DNA of 64,000 bases from an uncultured Acidimicrobiia bacterium. Its GTDB lineage: Bacteria > Actinomycetota > Acidimicrobiia > Acidimicrobiales > JACDCH01. The stretch is taken from NCBI GenBank assembly GCA_963721305.1, contig CAVRIR010000003.1, forward strand, positions 600,884-664,883, given 5' to 3'. Position numbers and translations under genes: made by a program. Position 1 is the stretch's first letter, and each line of letters starts with the position of its first letter. The notes below the pieces were generated by a model. That model was given only the letters and a program-made list of their open reading frames with translations, had not been told where the DNA came from and did not search any database. Below, one piece after another: positions 48,011-58,082 of this stretch.

Positions 48011-49195
48011 ATGGCGGCAGGCGTTCGGCGGATCTCGGCGGAACAACGCCGGGCTCGCCTCGCGCGCCGTCATCATCTCGCGCCGAACGACCTCGCCACC
48101 GCCGTTCGGACTGCAGTCGACGATCTCGTCGCCGTTCACTCGAGTGATCCGGCGTCGGTGTTCGTCGGGCTGGCGGTGCGCGCGAAGAACGCGACCGTGG
48201 CTTCGATCGAGCGCGAGCTGTACGAGACGCGATCGATCGTCCGCATGCTCGGCATGCGCCGCACCGTGCATGTCGTCGACGTCGCCCTCGTGCCGATCGT
48301 GCACGCCAGCAGTGCGCGCGCGGTCGCGGCGCGCGAGCGGAAACGCACACTCGACTTCGTCGAGAGGGCCGGCATCCCGGACGCACAGCGGTGGCTCGCG
48401 AAGCTCGAGGCACAGACATTGCGCGCGCTGAGGAAGCGCGGCGAGGCGACTGCGACCGAGTTGGCGTCCGACGTCCCTGGATTGCGCGAACAGATCTCGG
48501 TCGGTGCGGGCACGAAGTGGGCGGGCACGGTGAGCGCGTCCACTCGCGTGTTGTCGTTGCTCGCGGCGGACGGGCTGATCGTGCGCGGCCGGCCGCGCGG
48601 GAGCTGGATCAGCAGCCAGTACCGGTGGGCGCCGATGTCGGCCTGGCTCCCCGAAGGGGCAGAGGAGCCGGCGGCGGCCGACGCGCGTGTGCAACTCGCC
48701 GAGCGGTGGTTGCAGACCTACGGCCCCGCGACGGTGAACGACATCAAGTGGTGGACGGGCTGGACAGCCGGACAGGTTCGCGACGCGCTCGCCGGTCTGT
48801 CCGTCGAGGAGGTCGACCTCGACGGCGCCGCCGGCATCGTGCTCGCGGGCGACGGCGCGCCGATCAAGGCGCCGGCGCCGTTCGCCGCGCTGTTGCCCGG
48901 ACTCGACACGTCGGTCATGGGTTGGTCCGACCGAAGCTGGTTCCTCGGAGGGCATGGCCCCTTGTTGTTCGATCGGTCCGGCAACGCCGGACCGACGGTC
49001 TGGTGGGACGGCCGCGTGGTCGGTGGCTGGGCGCAGCGCAAGGATGGCGAGGTCGTCTGCCGTGTGCTCGAAGACGTCGGGGCGCACGCGGTGACGGCGA
49101 TCGACGCGGCAGCGGAGCGGCTCGCATCGTGGCTCGGACCGGCGCGCGTGACACCCCGCTTCCGGACGCCGGTCGAGCGCGCCCTCGCAATCTGA
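48011..49195 (+). CDS. winged-helix DNA-binding protein of the YcaQ/AlkZ-like (DUF1006) family
   Basis: 394 aa; RRARLARRHHL, VRMLGMRRTVHVV, and WWTGW...DGRVVGGWAQRKDG patterns. Confidence 0.7.
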   Translation: MAAGVRRISAEQRRARLARRHHLAPNDLATAVRTAVDDLVAVHSSDPASVFVGLAVRAKNATVASIERELYETRSIVRMLGMRRTVHVVDVALVPIVHASSARAVAARERKRTLDFVERAGIPDAQRWLAKLEAQTLRALRKRGEATATELASDVPGLREQISVGAGTKWAGTVSASTRVLSLLAADGLIVRGRPRGSWISSQYRWAPMSAWLPEGAEEPAAADARVQLAERWLQTYGPATVNDIKWWTGWTAGQVRDALAGLSVEEVDLDGAAGIVLAGDGAPIKAPAPFAALLPGLDTSVMGWSDRSWFLGGHGPLLFDRSGNAGPTVWWDGRVVGGWAQRKDGEVVCRVLEDVGAHAVTAIDAAAERLASWLGPARVTPRFRTPVERALAI

Positions 49196-49247
49196 GACTT
49201 ACCCGGGTGTCGCCTGAATTCCCAGCGTATGTGGGTAATTTGGCCCG

Positions 49248-52224
49248 GTGATCCGCTCGCCCGAGAGCGCTGTCTCGGCGATCGCTCGCCAGCTCGCCGA
49301 GTTGGGTGCAGGAGAGCGCTCGAAGGTCTTCCGCATGACGTGGTGGAGCGAGCGGATGCTCGACTGGGCGATGGCGCGCCCGGAGTTCAAGACGCAACTG
49401 TTCCGGTTCGTCGACGTGTTTCCCGCCCTCGCCGACAACGACGACGTCGCCGGGCATCTCGTCGAGTACTTCGAAGGCGTTCCCGTCCCGCGCGTGTTGG
49501 ATCTCGGCGTCGACGTCGCCGGGCACGTTCCGTTCGGGCGCGCCATCGAAGCGCGGGTGGCCCGCCGAAACATCCTGCGCATGGCCGAACAATTCATCGT
49601 CGGTCAGACGTCCGTCGAAGCCGTCGACGGGTTGCACCGCCTCTGGCGATCAGGATCGGCGGCGACGGTCGACCTGCTCGGGGAGAAGACGATCGTCGAC
49701 GCGGAAGCCGACCGGTACGCGGCGCGTGTCGACGAGCTCGTGCGAGCGCTCGCCGCGGCATCGGCGCACTGGGCACCCGACGATCATCTCGAGAGAGACG
49801 ACCTCGGAGTGATCCCGCGGATCAACGTGAGCATCAAGCCCACCGCACTCGCCGCGCACTACGAGCCCTTGACGCGCGCCATCGGACTCGAACGGGCGAA
49901 GGAACGCATCCGCCCGTTGCTCGCGCTCGCCCGCGACAAGGGCGCATTCGTGCACTTCGACATGGAGCACTTCGACGCGAAGGATCTCACGCTGCAGCTC
50001 TTCCGGGAGTTGCTCACCGAGCCCGACCACGCAGACCTCGAGGCCGGCATCGTCGTGCAGGCGTACACGAAGGGAAGCCGAAACGATCTCGCCGATCTGA
50101 TCGCGTTCTCCGCATCTCGAACCAAGCCGATCACGGTTCGGCTCGTGAAAGGCGCGTACTGGGACACCGAGACCGTGCACGCCCGAGCCGCCGGTTGGCC
50201 GGTGCCCGTGTACGAGCGGAAGGCGGAGACGGACGCGAACTTCGAGCGCTGCGTTCGGTTGCTGCACGACCACCACGGTGAGGTGCGCGCCGCGTTCGCA
50301 ACGCACAACTTGCGATCGCTCGCGTACGCGATCGCGTACGCCCGGTCCAAGGGCATCCCCGATACCGGGTTCGAGGTGCAGATGCTCTACGGGATGGCCG
50401 AGCCGATGCAGGCGGCGGTGCGCCGCAGCGGCCTACGGCTGCGGGTGTACGCGCCGGTGGGCGAGCTGGTTCCAGGAATGGCCTACCTCGTCCGTCGGCT
50501 CCTCGAGAACACGAGCAACGAGAGCTTCGTCCGCCATCGTTTCGTCGAGGAACGCGAGCTCGACGAACTCCTCGCCGCGCCGGAGGTCGACACGCTGCCC
50601 GTGCCAGGCGCCGCCATGAGCCGCCCAACGACGGACGCCGTCGCGCCGACGCCCTACGAACCCGAACCCGTCGCCGAGTGGCGACAACCCGCGGCGCGGG
50701 CCTCCTTCGCAGTAGCGGTCGACGCCGTCGGCGGTGCGTCCGCGCTCGACGTGCCCGCGCTGATCGATGGCGAGCGCGTGTGGACCTCGACGACGATCGA
50801 CAGCGTCGATCCCGGGAGGTTCGACCGGGTGATCGCACGCAGTGCGGCGTGTGACGTGACGCACGCGGACGCCGCGGTCGCCGCTGCTTCTGCGCGAGTC
50901 GAACGTTGGCGATCGACGCCGGTCGCCGAGCGCGCCGGCGTCCTGTTCCGCGCCGCGGCGTGGATGCGCTCGAATCGCAACCAACTCGCCGCCATCGAGG
51001 TGTTCGAGTGCGGCAAGCCGTGGGACCAAGCCGACGCCGACGTGTGCGAGGCGATCGACTTCTGCGAGTACTACGGCCGCGGCATGCTCCGACTCGAGGG
51101 CGAGGCCGCGAGCCGCGTGCAATCGCCGCCGGGGGAGCGCAACCGCCTGACCTACCAAGGCAAGGGGGTGGCCGCGGTCATCGCACCGTGGAACTTCCCG
51201 CTCGCGATTCCGTGCGGGATGACGGCGGCCGCGCTCGTCGCCGGCAACCCGGTGATCTTGAAGCCCGCCGAGCAGTCGCCCGGCATCGCGTGGCAACTGG
51301 TCGAGGCGTTTGCCGCCGCTGGGCTGCCCGAGGGCGTGCTCCAGTTCCTGCCCGGCTACGGCGAGGCCGTCGGCGCGCGCCTCGTGGAGCACCCGGAGGT
51401 CGCGGTCATCGCGTTCACCGGATCGAAGGCCGTCGGCTTGCACATCAACGACGTCGCCGCGATCACCCGCCCAGGACAACGTCACATCAAGCGAGTCATC
51501 GCGGAGATGGGTGGGAAGAACGCTCTGGTGATCGATTCGGACGCCGATCCCGACGAAGCGGTGCCGGCGGTGATCACATCTTCGTTCGGGTACGCGGGCC
51601 AGAAGTGCTCGGCCGCATCCCGCGTGATCGTGGTGGACCGCGTCTACGAGCAGTTCGTGCCGCGCCTGGCCGCAGCGACTGCGGAAGTGATCGTCGGGCA
51701 TCCGTCCAACATGGCGACGCAGGTCGGCCCGGTGATCGACGCCGACGCGCATCATCGGCTGTCGATGGCCATCGAGAAAGCGTCAGCAGACGGCTCTGTC
51801 ATCGCACGCCAAGACGACATTCCCGCAGGCGGGTGGTACGTAGCGCCCACAATGGTGGCGGTGGACCATCCCGATGCGACGATCGCCCGCGACGAATTGT
51901 TCGGCCCGGTGGTGGCCGTCCTTCGCGCGCGCGACTTCGATCACGCCATCGAGCTCGCCAACGACACGGACTATGCACTGACCGCGGGGCTGTTCTCGCG
52001 GTCGCCGGTCCACATCGACCGCGCCGCACGCGTCGTTGCGGGCGGGCAACGTCTACATCAACCGAGGCACGACCGGCGCGGTCGTCGGACGCCAACCGTT
52101 CGGCGGGTACGGGCTCTCCGGCGTCGGCTCGAAGGCCGGCGGCCCCGACTACCTGCTGCAATTCCTCGACCCGCGCGCGATCACGGAGAACACCGTGCGC
52201 CAAGGTTTTGCGGCCGACACGTGA
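49248..52224 (+). pseudogene. putA: bifunctional proline dehydrogenase / L-glutamate gamma-semialdehyde dehydrogenase PutA, single frame change near 52035
   Basis: GTG 49248. ProDH barrel (VSIKPTAL...VRLVKGAYWD...LYGM), ALDH (EMGGKNA...GQKCSA). The conserved tail GNVYINRGTTGAVVGRQPFGG...LLQFLDPRAITENT lies in the 52036..52224 frame. Confidence 0.85.
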
Positions 52225-52386
52225 CCGAGAACACGCCGATCACGGTTCCCGTGGCGTCCGATCCCGTGACTTCGAACCCCCGCCCCCGGCTCCTCCTCCC
52301 TCCCCGCCGCCCGGGCCGTCGCCCGAGCCCGGGGCCCTGCAGCAGCGCTGAACCGCCAGGCCGCCTACATCGCGCTGGCCTCGGCC

Positions 52387-52779
52387 GTGCTCGCCGTCGT
52401 CGGCTCGTTCCAGGTGTGGCTCAGCATCACCATCGCCGGTCTGTCGCCGCCGGGCTCGACGCAGACGGGGTGGGACGGCGGCGACGGCCGCACGATCCTC
52501 GTCGCCGGCATCGCTGCCGCGGTTGCCGCAGGCGCGCTCCTCATCGGACGGCACGATCTCTGGATCAAGATCGTGCTGCTGATCAGTGGCGCGATCGCGG
52601 CGATCATCGCGCTCGTCAACATGGTCGACGCCGGCTCGAAGGCGCACGACATCAGAGTCGAGTTCGGCATCCCGTCGGGCGACGTGAAAGCGGAGATCGG
52701 CATCGGTCTCTTCATGGTGGTCATCGCCGGCCTCGGCATGCTGGCGGCAGGACTGCGCGTGCGGACGAGCTCTTCGTGA
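52387..52779 (+). CDS. four-TM membrane protein, hypothetical; true start may be GTG 52221 if two frame changes in C-runs are errors
   Basis: Hydrophobic segments at ILVAGIAAAVAAGALLI, IKIVLLISGAIAAIIALV and IGIGLFMVVIAGLGMLAAGL. Upstream in-frame codons (NRQAAYIALASAVL) extend TM1 but lack a start. A Pro-rich leader is visible in the two other frames from 52221. Confidence 0.5.
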   Translation: MLAVVGSFQVWLSITIAGLSPPGSTQTGWDGGDGRTILVAGIAAAVAAGALLIGRHDLWIKIVLLISGAIAAIIALVNMVDAGSKAHDIRVEFGIPSGDVKAEIGIGLFMVVIAGLGMLAAGLRVRTSSS

Positions 52780-54044
52780 CCGCGCCGGTCGCCGCGACCG
52801 CGCGGTCGTCTCGGGGTGCGCGCGACACGGTCTGGTTCCCGATCCTCGTCTTCGTCGGCATCGCCCTGGTCTTGTTCGTCACCGTCGAGGTGTCGCACGA
52901 CCACTTCAGCGCAGAGCACGAGCCGGCAGCGGGTGCGCTGCCGACGCAAGGCCACTGGTACTCCGGATGGCTGCAGTTCGACGCGGCCTGGTACGTGTAC
53001 ATCGCCGAGCACGGCTACGACGCGCAGCAGAAGGCCGCATTCGATTCCGGGCAGCAGTCGGCGATCGCCTACTTCCCCGCTTATCCGCTCACGGTCCGCG
53101 CCGTAGCTGCGATCACCGGTTACGAGGACGGGGGCGTGGCGATGCTCACCACGTTCTCGTGTGGCCTCGCGTTCGCGTTGCTCTTCTGGTACTGGTGTCG
53201 CGATCGGATGTCGCGACGGGCACGGCGAACGGCTCTCGTGTTGCTGCTCGTGTACCCGTACGCGTGGTTCCTGTATGGCAGCGGTTACGGGGACGCATTG
53301 TTCCTGGCCGTGACGGTCGCGGCGTTCCTGTTCCTCGAACATGACCATCCCGTCCTCGCCGGTGTCGCCGGCTTCGTCGCGCTCGCGGCGCGACCGACGG
53401 GGACCGCGGTCTTCATCGGGCTCGTCGCCGTCGCCCTCGAGCATCGCGGTGTCGTGACCCGCGATGCGGAGCCCGCCGCCGTCGACGGCGGTTTGTGGGG
53501 TCGCGAACGGTCACGCTGGCACCTGCACCGCGGTCGCCTGCGCCGGGGTGACGCCGGAGTCCTCCTCGCATTCGGCGGACTCGCGAGCTACGTCTTCTTC
53601 TGCGCGACGCAGTACGGCGACCCGTTCGCCTTCGCCACCGTGCAGAAGGCTCCGGGATGGGACCAGGGCGCCGGGCTGCACACGTGGTTGAAGATCGGGT
53701 TCTTCGGACACCTCGTGCACGGCTCGCCCGCCTACTCCGTCCGCCTGCTGGCCGAGGCGGTGCTCGCGCTCGCGTTCCTGCTCGGCGCCTACCTCGTGTT
53801 GCGTCGATTCGGTTGGAGCTATGCGCTGTACTCGCTCGCGATCGTCGCGGTGCCGATGTTCGGTACCGGCGACTTCCAGGGCATGGGCCGTTACATCCTC
53901 GGCTGCTTCCCCGTGTTCGCCGCGGTCGGCGACTGGTTGGCCACGCCGAGACGGGAAGTCTTGCGGGCGGCAACAGTTTTCATCAGCTTTCTCGCGCTCG
54001 TGATGCTGGCAAGCTTGTTCGGCCGCAGTTACTACCTCACCTGA
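52776..54044 (+). CDS. PIG-V/mannosyltransferase-2-like polytopic GT-C glycosyltransferase
   Basis: GTG 52776 overlaps the upstream stop (GTGA). WLQFDAAWYVYIAEHGY...IAYFPAYPL signature, then about 9 further TM segments. It is the C-terminal part of the 1598-aa ORF. Confidence 0.7.
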   Translation: MTAPVAATARSSRGARDTVWFPILVFVGIALVLFVTVEVSHDHFSAEHEPAAGALPTQGHWYSGWLQFDAAWYVYIAEHGYDAQQKAAFDSGQQSAIAYFPAYPLTVRAVAAITGYEDGGVAMLTTFSCGLAFALLFWYWCRDRMSRRARRTALVLLLVYPYAWFLYGSGYGDALFLAVTVAAFLFLEHDHPVLAGVAGFVALAARPTGTAVFIGLVAVALEHRGVVTRDAEPAAVDGGLWGRERSRWHLHRGRLRRGDAGVLLAFGGLASYVFFCATQYGDPFAFATVQKAPGWDQGAGLHTWLKIGFFGHLVHGSPAYSVRLLAEAVLALAFLLGAYLVLRRFGWSYALYSLAIVAVPMFGTGDFQGMGRYILGCFPVFAAVGDWLATPRREVLRAATVFISFLALVMLASLFGRSYYLT

Positions 54045-54066
54045 CCGACCACGAAACTCGAGAGCG

Positions 54067-54828
54067 ATGAACGCAGACCTCGGCACGCTCACGCTCTTCT
54101 TCCCGATGTGGAACGAAGAGGAGATGATCCTGCGTACGGTCAACGCGGCGAACGAGACCGGAGCGGATCTGGTCGCCTGCGGCGTCATCTCGGACTACGA
54201 GGTGCTGATCGTGGACGACGCGTCCACGGACGCGACCGGAAAGATCGCGGACGAGCTCGCCGCATGCGACCCGCGAGTCCGTGTGGTCCACCATGCGGTG
54301 AACCGAAAGCTCGGCGGCAGCGTGCGCACGGGCTTGGCGGAAGCGACCTCCGACCTCGTCCTCTACACGGATGCCGACATGCCGTTCGACCTCGCCGACC
54401 TCGGCAAGGCGCTGCGATTGCTGCGGGTCTACGACGCCGACATCGTCAGCGCTTACCGGTTCGACCGCACGGGCGAGGGAGCCCGCCGAAGCGCGTACTC
54501 GCACCTCTACAACCTGCTCGTGAAGTCGCTGTTCGGGTTGCGGATCCGTGACGTGAATTTCGCGTTCAAGTTGATCCGGCGAGAAGTGCTCGAGAATCTC
54601 GATCTCGTGAGCGAAGGATCGTTCATCGATGCTGAACTGCTCGCCAAGGCACAACGGCGCGGGTATTACATCATCCAGTTCGGGGTCGACTACTTCCCGC
54701 GTGAACGGGGCATGTCGACGCTCTCGTCGCCGTCAGTGATCGCGACGATCCTGCGGGAGCTGACGCAGTTGTTGCCGTCCGTGTGGCGGGTGACGCCGTT
54801 GCCCGAGCACACGCCTCGGCACCGGTGA
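54067..54828 (+). CDS. glycosyltransferase family 2 (polyprenyl-phosphate sugar synthase-like)
   Basis: FFPMWNEEE...LIVDDASTDAT...YTDADMPF (DXD region)...RDVNFAFKLIRREVL. Confidence 0.85.
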   Translation: MNADLGTLTLFFPMWNEEEMILRTVNAANETGADLVACGVISDYEVLIVDDASTDATGKIADELAACDPRVRVVHHAVNRKLGGSVRTGLAEATSDLVLYTDADMPFDLADLGKALRLLRVYDADIVSAYRFDRTGEGARRSAYSHLYNLLVKSLFGLRIRDVNFAFKLIRREVLENLDLVSEGSFIDAELLAKAQRRGYYIIQFGVDYFPRERGMSTLSSPSVIATILRELTQLLPSVWRVTPLPEHTPRHR

Positions 54829-54840
54829 CCTGATGACGCG

Positions 54841-55687
54841 ATGACGCGCCTGCTGATCGTCAATGCCGACGACTTCGGGCTGACTGCAGGTGTGTGCCGT
54901 GCCGTCGTGCGCGGGCACCGCGAAGGGATCGTGACGTCGACGTCCGCGCTTGGCCGTCGGCCCCGCATTCGCCGCGAACGCGTCGCTGCTCGACGACGTG
55001 CCCGAGCTCGGTGTCGGCGTGCACCTCGCCGCCGTCGGCGAGGATCCGCCGCTGTCGACCTCCGCCGAGGTCCCGACGCTCGTCGACCGCGACGGTCGAT
55101 TCCCGCTCTCCTGGAAACGGTTCCTTCCACGTGCGTTCGCCGGTCGCGTGGACGTCGGCGAGCTCGAACGCGAGCTGAACGCGCAGCTCGACGTCGTGAG
55201 CGATGCGCTACCAGGGCGGACGATCACCCACCTCGACACGCATCAGCACCTCCATCTGTGGCCGCCGTTCGGGGCGCTCGTCGTGAAGCTCGCGCAGCAA
55301 CGCGACATCCCCGCAGTACGGGTGACGCGCTCGGCGGTGCGACGGGGCCGATCCGTCGTACTGAACCGGTTGGCCAGGCGGTTCGAGCTCGTGGCCTCGA
55401 GCGCGGGGTTGCGCAGCACCGACGACTTCGCCGGGTTCGACGAGGGCGGCACGTTCGCGACCGACGCACTCGTCCGGACGATCGATCGGCTCGGCGCGGG
55501 TGCCGCCCGCACCATCGAGATCGGCATCCATCCGGGTGAGCACGGTGACCCCGACCTGGCTCGATACGAATGGGGTTACCGGTGGGGCGACGAGCTGGAC
55601 GCGCTGGTGTCGCAGACCGTTCGCGACGCGGTCGATCGCAACGGATTCACGCTCGGCTCGTACGCCGCCCTCGGAGCGCCGTCGTGA
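54841..55687 (+). pseudogene. ChbG/HpnK (YdjC) family carbohydrate deacetylase, frame change near 54948
   Basis: [37 protein letters not shown] lies in the first frame. AVGPAF...GVHL...HLDTHQHLH...EIGIHPG lies in the 54950..55687 frame. Confidence 0.75.
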
Positions 55688-56370
55688 CGGAACGGGCGGT
55701 CGAGCTGTTCGCGGGCGCGCCCCGGGCGACGCGCCTGCACACCCGCTTGCGCTGGTGGTGGTGCCCGTTTCCGGTGATCGCCGGCGCGGTGCCCGAAACC
55801 GGCGACGTGCTCGAAGTCGGCTGCGGTCACGGTCTGCTGTCGCTGTACCTCGGACTCGAGTCGCCCCGACGGCGCGTCGTGGGCACCGACATCGACAGCG
55901 CCAAGATTGCCGAAGCCAAGGAGGCCGCCGGCCGGTTGCGGCCCGGCGAGGCGACGGTGTCGTTCGAAGCGGTCGATCCCGGTTACGCGCCGGACGGTCG
56001 ATGGGGCGCGATCGTGCTCGCGGACGTCCTGTACCTGCTGTCCGAGGAGGACCAGCGTGCGCTTCTGGTCGCGTGCGCGCGGGCCGTCCGGCCCGGAGGT
56101 GTGGTGGTCGTGAAGGAGATGGCGCTCACACCGCGGTGGAAGTTCGAGTGGAACAAGGCGCAGGAGATGTTGGCGACGAAGGTGTTCCGCGTCACCGACT
56201 CAGTCGGGACGGGGTTGACGTTCGTGAATCCGGAGCGGATGTCCGGCTGGCTCGATGCCGAAGGACTCGACACGACGCACCACCCGATCGACCGCGGGTA
56301 CCCGTGGCCGCATCATCTGATCGTCGCGACCGCATCGACGAACGCGTCGATCTCCGAGTCCTCGATGTAG
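55684..56370 (+). CDS. class I SAM-dependent methyltransferase
   Basis: GTG 55684 overlaps the upstream stop (GTGA). VLEVGCGHGLLSLYL, GTDID, VRPGGVVVVKE. Confidence 0.75.
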   Translation: MTERAVELFAGAPRATRLHTRLRWWWCPFPVIAGAVPETGDVLEVGCGHGLLSLYLGLESPRRRVVGTDIDSAKIAEAKEAAGRLRPGEATVSFEAVDPGYAPDGRWGAIVLADVLYLLSEEDQRALLVACARAVRPGGVVVVKEMALTPRWKFEWNKAQEMLATKVFRVTDSVGTGLTFVNPERMSGWLDAEGLDTTHHPIDRGYPWPHHLIVATASTNASISESSM

Positions 56371-57455
56371 CCGTGTGGCGAGACCCGGATGCCGCCGCCG
56401 CGCGCGGCGCACACGAATCCCTGCCCTTCGAGCGACGCCGCGACGGTCGCCGAGTCAGCGTTGTCGAGCACGAACGTCACCAGACCTGACCGCGCGCCTC
56501 GCGATCGGTCGCTCAAGATGCGGACGTAATCGACGTGCGTCAGGTTCTCGACCAACCGCTCGCACAGGCCATCGACGTACGACCACACGCGGTCGATGCC
56601 CGCGTCGAGCAGCAAGGCCATGGATGCACCAAGCGCGAGGATGCCCGCCTCGTTTGGTGATCCGCCTTCGAACCGGCGCGCCGAGTCGTCCCAGACGAGC
56701 TCGCGCCGGTCCCAGTCACCCCGATGTGCGACCGATGCCCATCCCGGCTCGAGCGGTCGGAGCCGATCGCGCACGCTGGGGGCGACGTAGAAGACGCCCA
56801 CGCCGCGCGGCGCGCACAACCACTTGTGCGGCCCCGCGGTGGCGAAGTCCACGTCCCACTTGTCGAGCTCACAGGGGATGACGCCGAGGCCTTGCATCAG
56901 GTCGACGCACAGCAGCGAGCCGGCGTCGTGGCACAGCTTCGAAAGGGCTTCGAGATCCACCCTCCAACCACGACCGAAGTTGACCCAGCTGGTGGCGACG
57001 AGCTTCGGCGGTGGACCGTCGTCGATGACCGCGGCGAACGCTTCCGGCGGAAGCGTCCACCCGTCGCCGGCAGGCGCCACGAAGTCGACCCGCACGCCCG
57101 CGTCGCGCAGGGCCAGCCACGGGAGCACGGTCGACGGGAACTCGAGGTCGGGAACGACGATTCGATCGCCCGGCTGCCATTGCAAGCCGGAACACACGAA
57201 GCCGAGGCCTTCGGTCGTGTTCTTGACGAACGCGACGTCGGCCGCGTCGACGCCGAGCATCGATGCGGCATCGGCACGTGTGCGCGCCATGCCGGTCTCG
57301 ATCTCGTCGTAGTCGGTGCGGCCGTGCTGTTCGTAATGATCCGCCCACCAACGCATCGCGTCCGCCGCGGCGCGTGTGATCGGTGCGATGCCCGCGTGAT
57401 CGAGATAGCAGTGGTGATCGACCACCGGGAACTGGTCGCGGGGGAGCGCGGTCAT
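56313..57455 (-). CDS. aminotransferase class V-fold PLP-dependent enzyme
   Basis: 380 aa; YLDHAGIAP...FVKNTTEG...FATAGPHKWL (PLP Lys region). Its 3' end overlaps the convergent methyltransferase by 58 nt. Confidence 0.85.
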   Translation of the reverse strand: MTALPRDQFPVVDHHCYLDHAGIAPITRAAADAMRWWADHYEQHGRTDYDEIETGMARTRADAASMLGVDAADVAFVKNTTEGLGFVCSGLQWQPGDRIVVPDLEFPSTVLPWLALRDAGVRVDFVAPAGDGWTLPPEAFAAVIDDGPPPKLVATSWVNFGRGWRVDLEALSKLCHDAGSLLCVDLMQGLGVIPCELDKWDVDFATAGPHKWLCAPRGVGVFYVAPSVRDRLRPLEPGWASVAHRGDWDRRELVWDDSARRFEGGSPNEAGILALGASMALLLDAGIDRVWSYVDGLCERLVENLTHVDYVRILSDRSRGARSGLVTFVLDNADSATVAASLEGQGFVCAARGGGIRVSPHGYIEDSEIDAFVDAVATIR

Positions 57456-57462
57456 CGACGGA

Positions 57463-57954
57463 TCACGAACGCGCCGTGCTCTCGGTCGTGACCTGCGCGA
57501 CGAGCTGGAGCACGCGGTGCCCGAGCTGCTCGGTGAGCGCGATCTGGGTCATGGTCCGCATGATGCCGCTGACCCCGAGGATGCCGTTGATGACTTCTTG
57601 CAGGTGCTCGTTCGTACGTGCGACCACCCGACAGTGGAGATCGCCCTGGCCTGTCGTGGCGTGCACCTCGAGCACCTCGGGGATCCCAGAGAGATGCGAC
57701 GTGACGTCGACCAACCGGCCTTGCGCGATCTCCAACGTGACGAAGGCGAGGACGTTGTAGCCGAGCGCGCGGAGGTCGAGATCGGGTCCGAAGCCGGTGA
57801 TGATGCCCCGTGATCGGAGCTTGTCGAGCCGCGCCTGTGCCGTGCCACGGGCGACGCGGAGCCGGCGAGCGAGCTCCATGACCCCGGCCCTCGGGGACTC
57901 GGCGATGGCGAGGATGAGTTGGGCGTCGAGGGCGTCGATACCGGTGGGCAGCAT
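57463..57954 (-). CDS. Lrp/AsnC family transcriptional regulator
   Basis: ATG 57954; LDAQLILAIAESPRAGVMELARRLRVARGTAQARLDKLRSRGII plus a RAM-type C-domain. Divergent from hppD. Confidence 0.85.
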   Translation of the reverse strand: MLPTGIDALDAQLILAIAESPRAGVMELARRLRVARGTAQARLDKLRSRGIITGFGPDLDLRALGYNVLAFVTLEIAQGRLVDVTSHLSGIPEVLEVHATTGQGDLHCRVVARTNEHLQEVINGILGVSGIMRTMTQIALTEQLGHRVLQLVAQVTTESTARS

Positions 57955-58082
57955 GGGCAGAGCGTAGGTCTGCACTGCGCCGGAAACTGTGCAGTCTGCA
58001 CAGTCTCTCATCCAACTGTTGACCGATCCGTGTTCGGCTCGTTGACTCGAAGGAGCAGTTCGCGAACCTAGGGGGCGTCCGT

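Noticed and set aside
47312-49087. N-terminal 590 aa of the 923-aa minus-strand ORF
   Set aside because: This part is antisense to the well-supported DUF2461 and YcaQ-like genes. Only the last 331 aa (the alcohol dehydrogenase) have motifs and a sensible start.
49248-54044. Single 1598-aa ORF read as one giant PutA-glycosyltransferase fusion
   Set aside because: The middle part (about 52035..52775) translates to Arg/Pro-rich nonsense. The conserved PutA tail is in another frame and ends at 52224, and the GT-C has its own GTG at 52776. The long ORF comes from a frame slip plus stop-poor GC-rich sequence.
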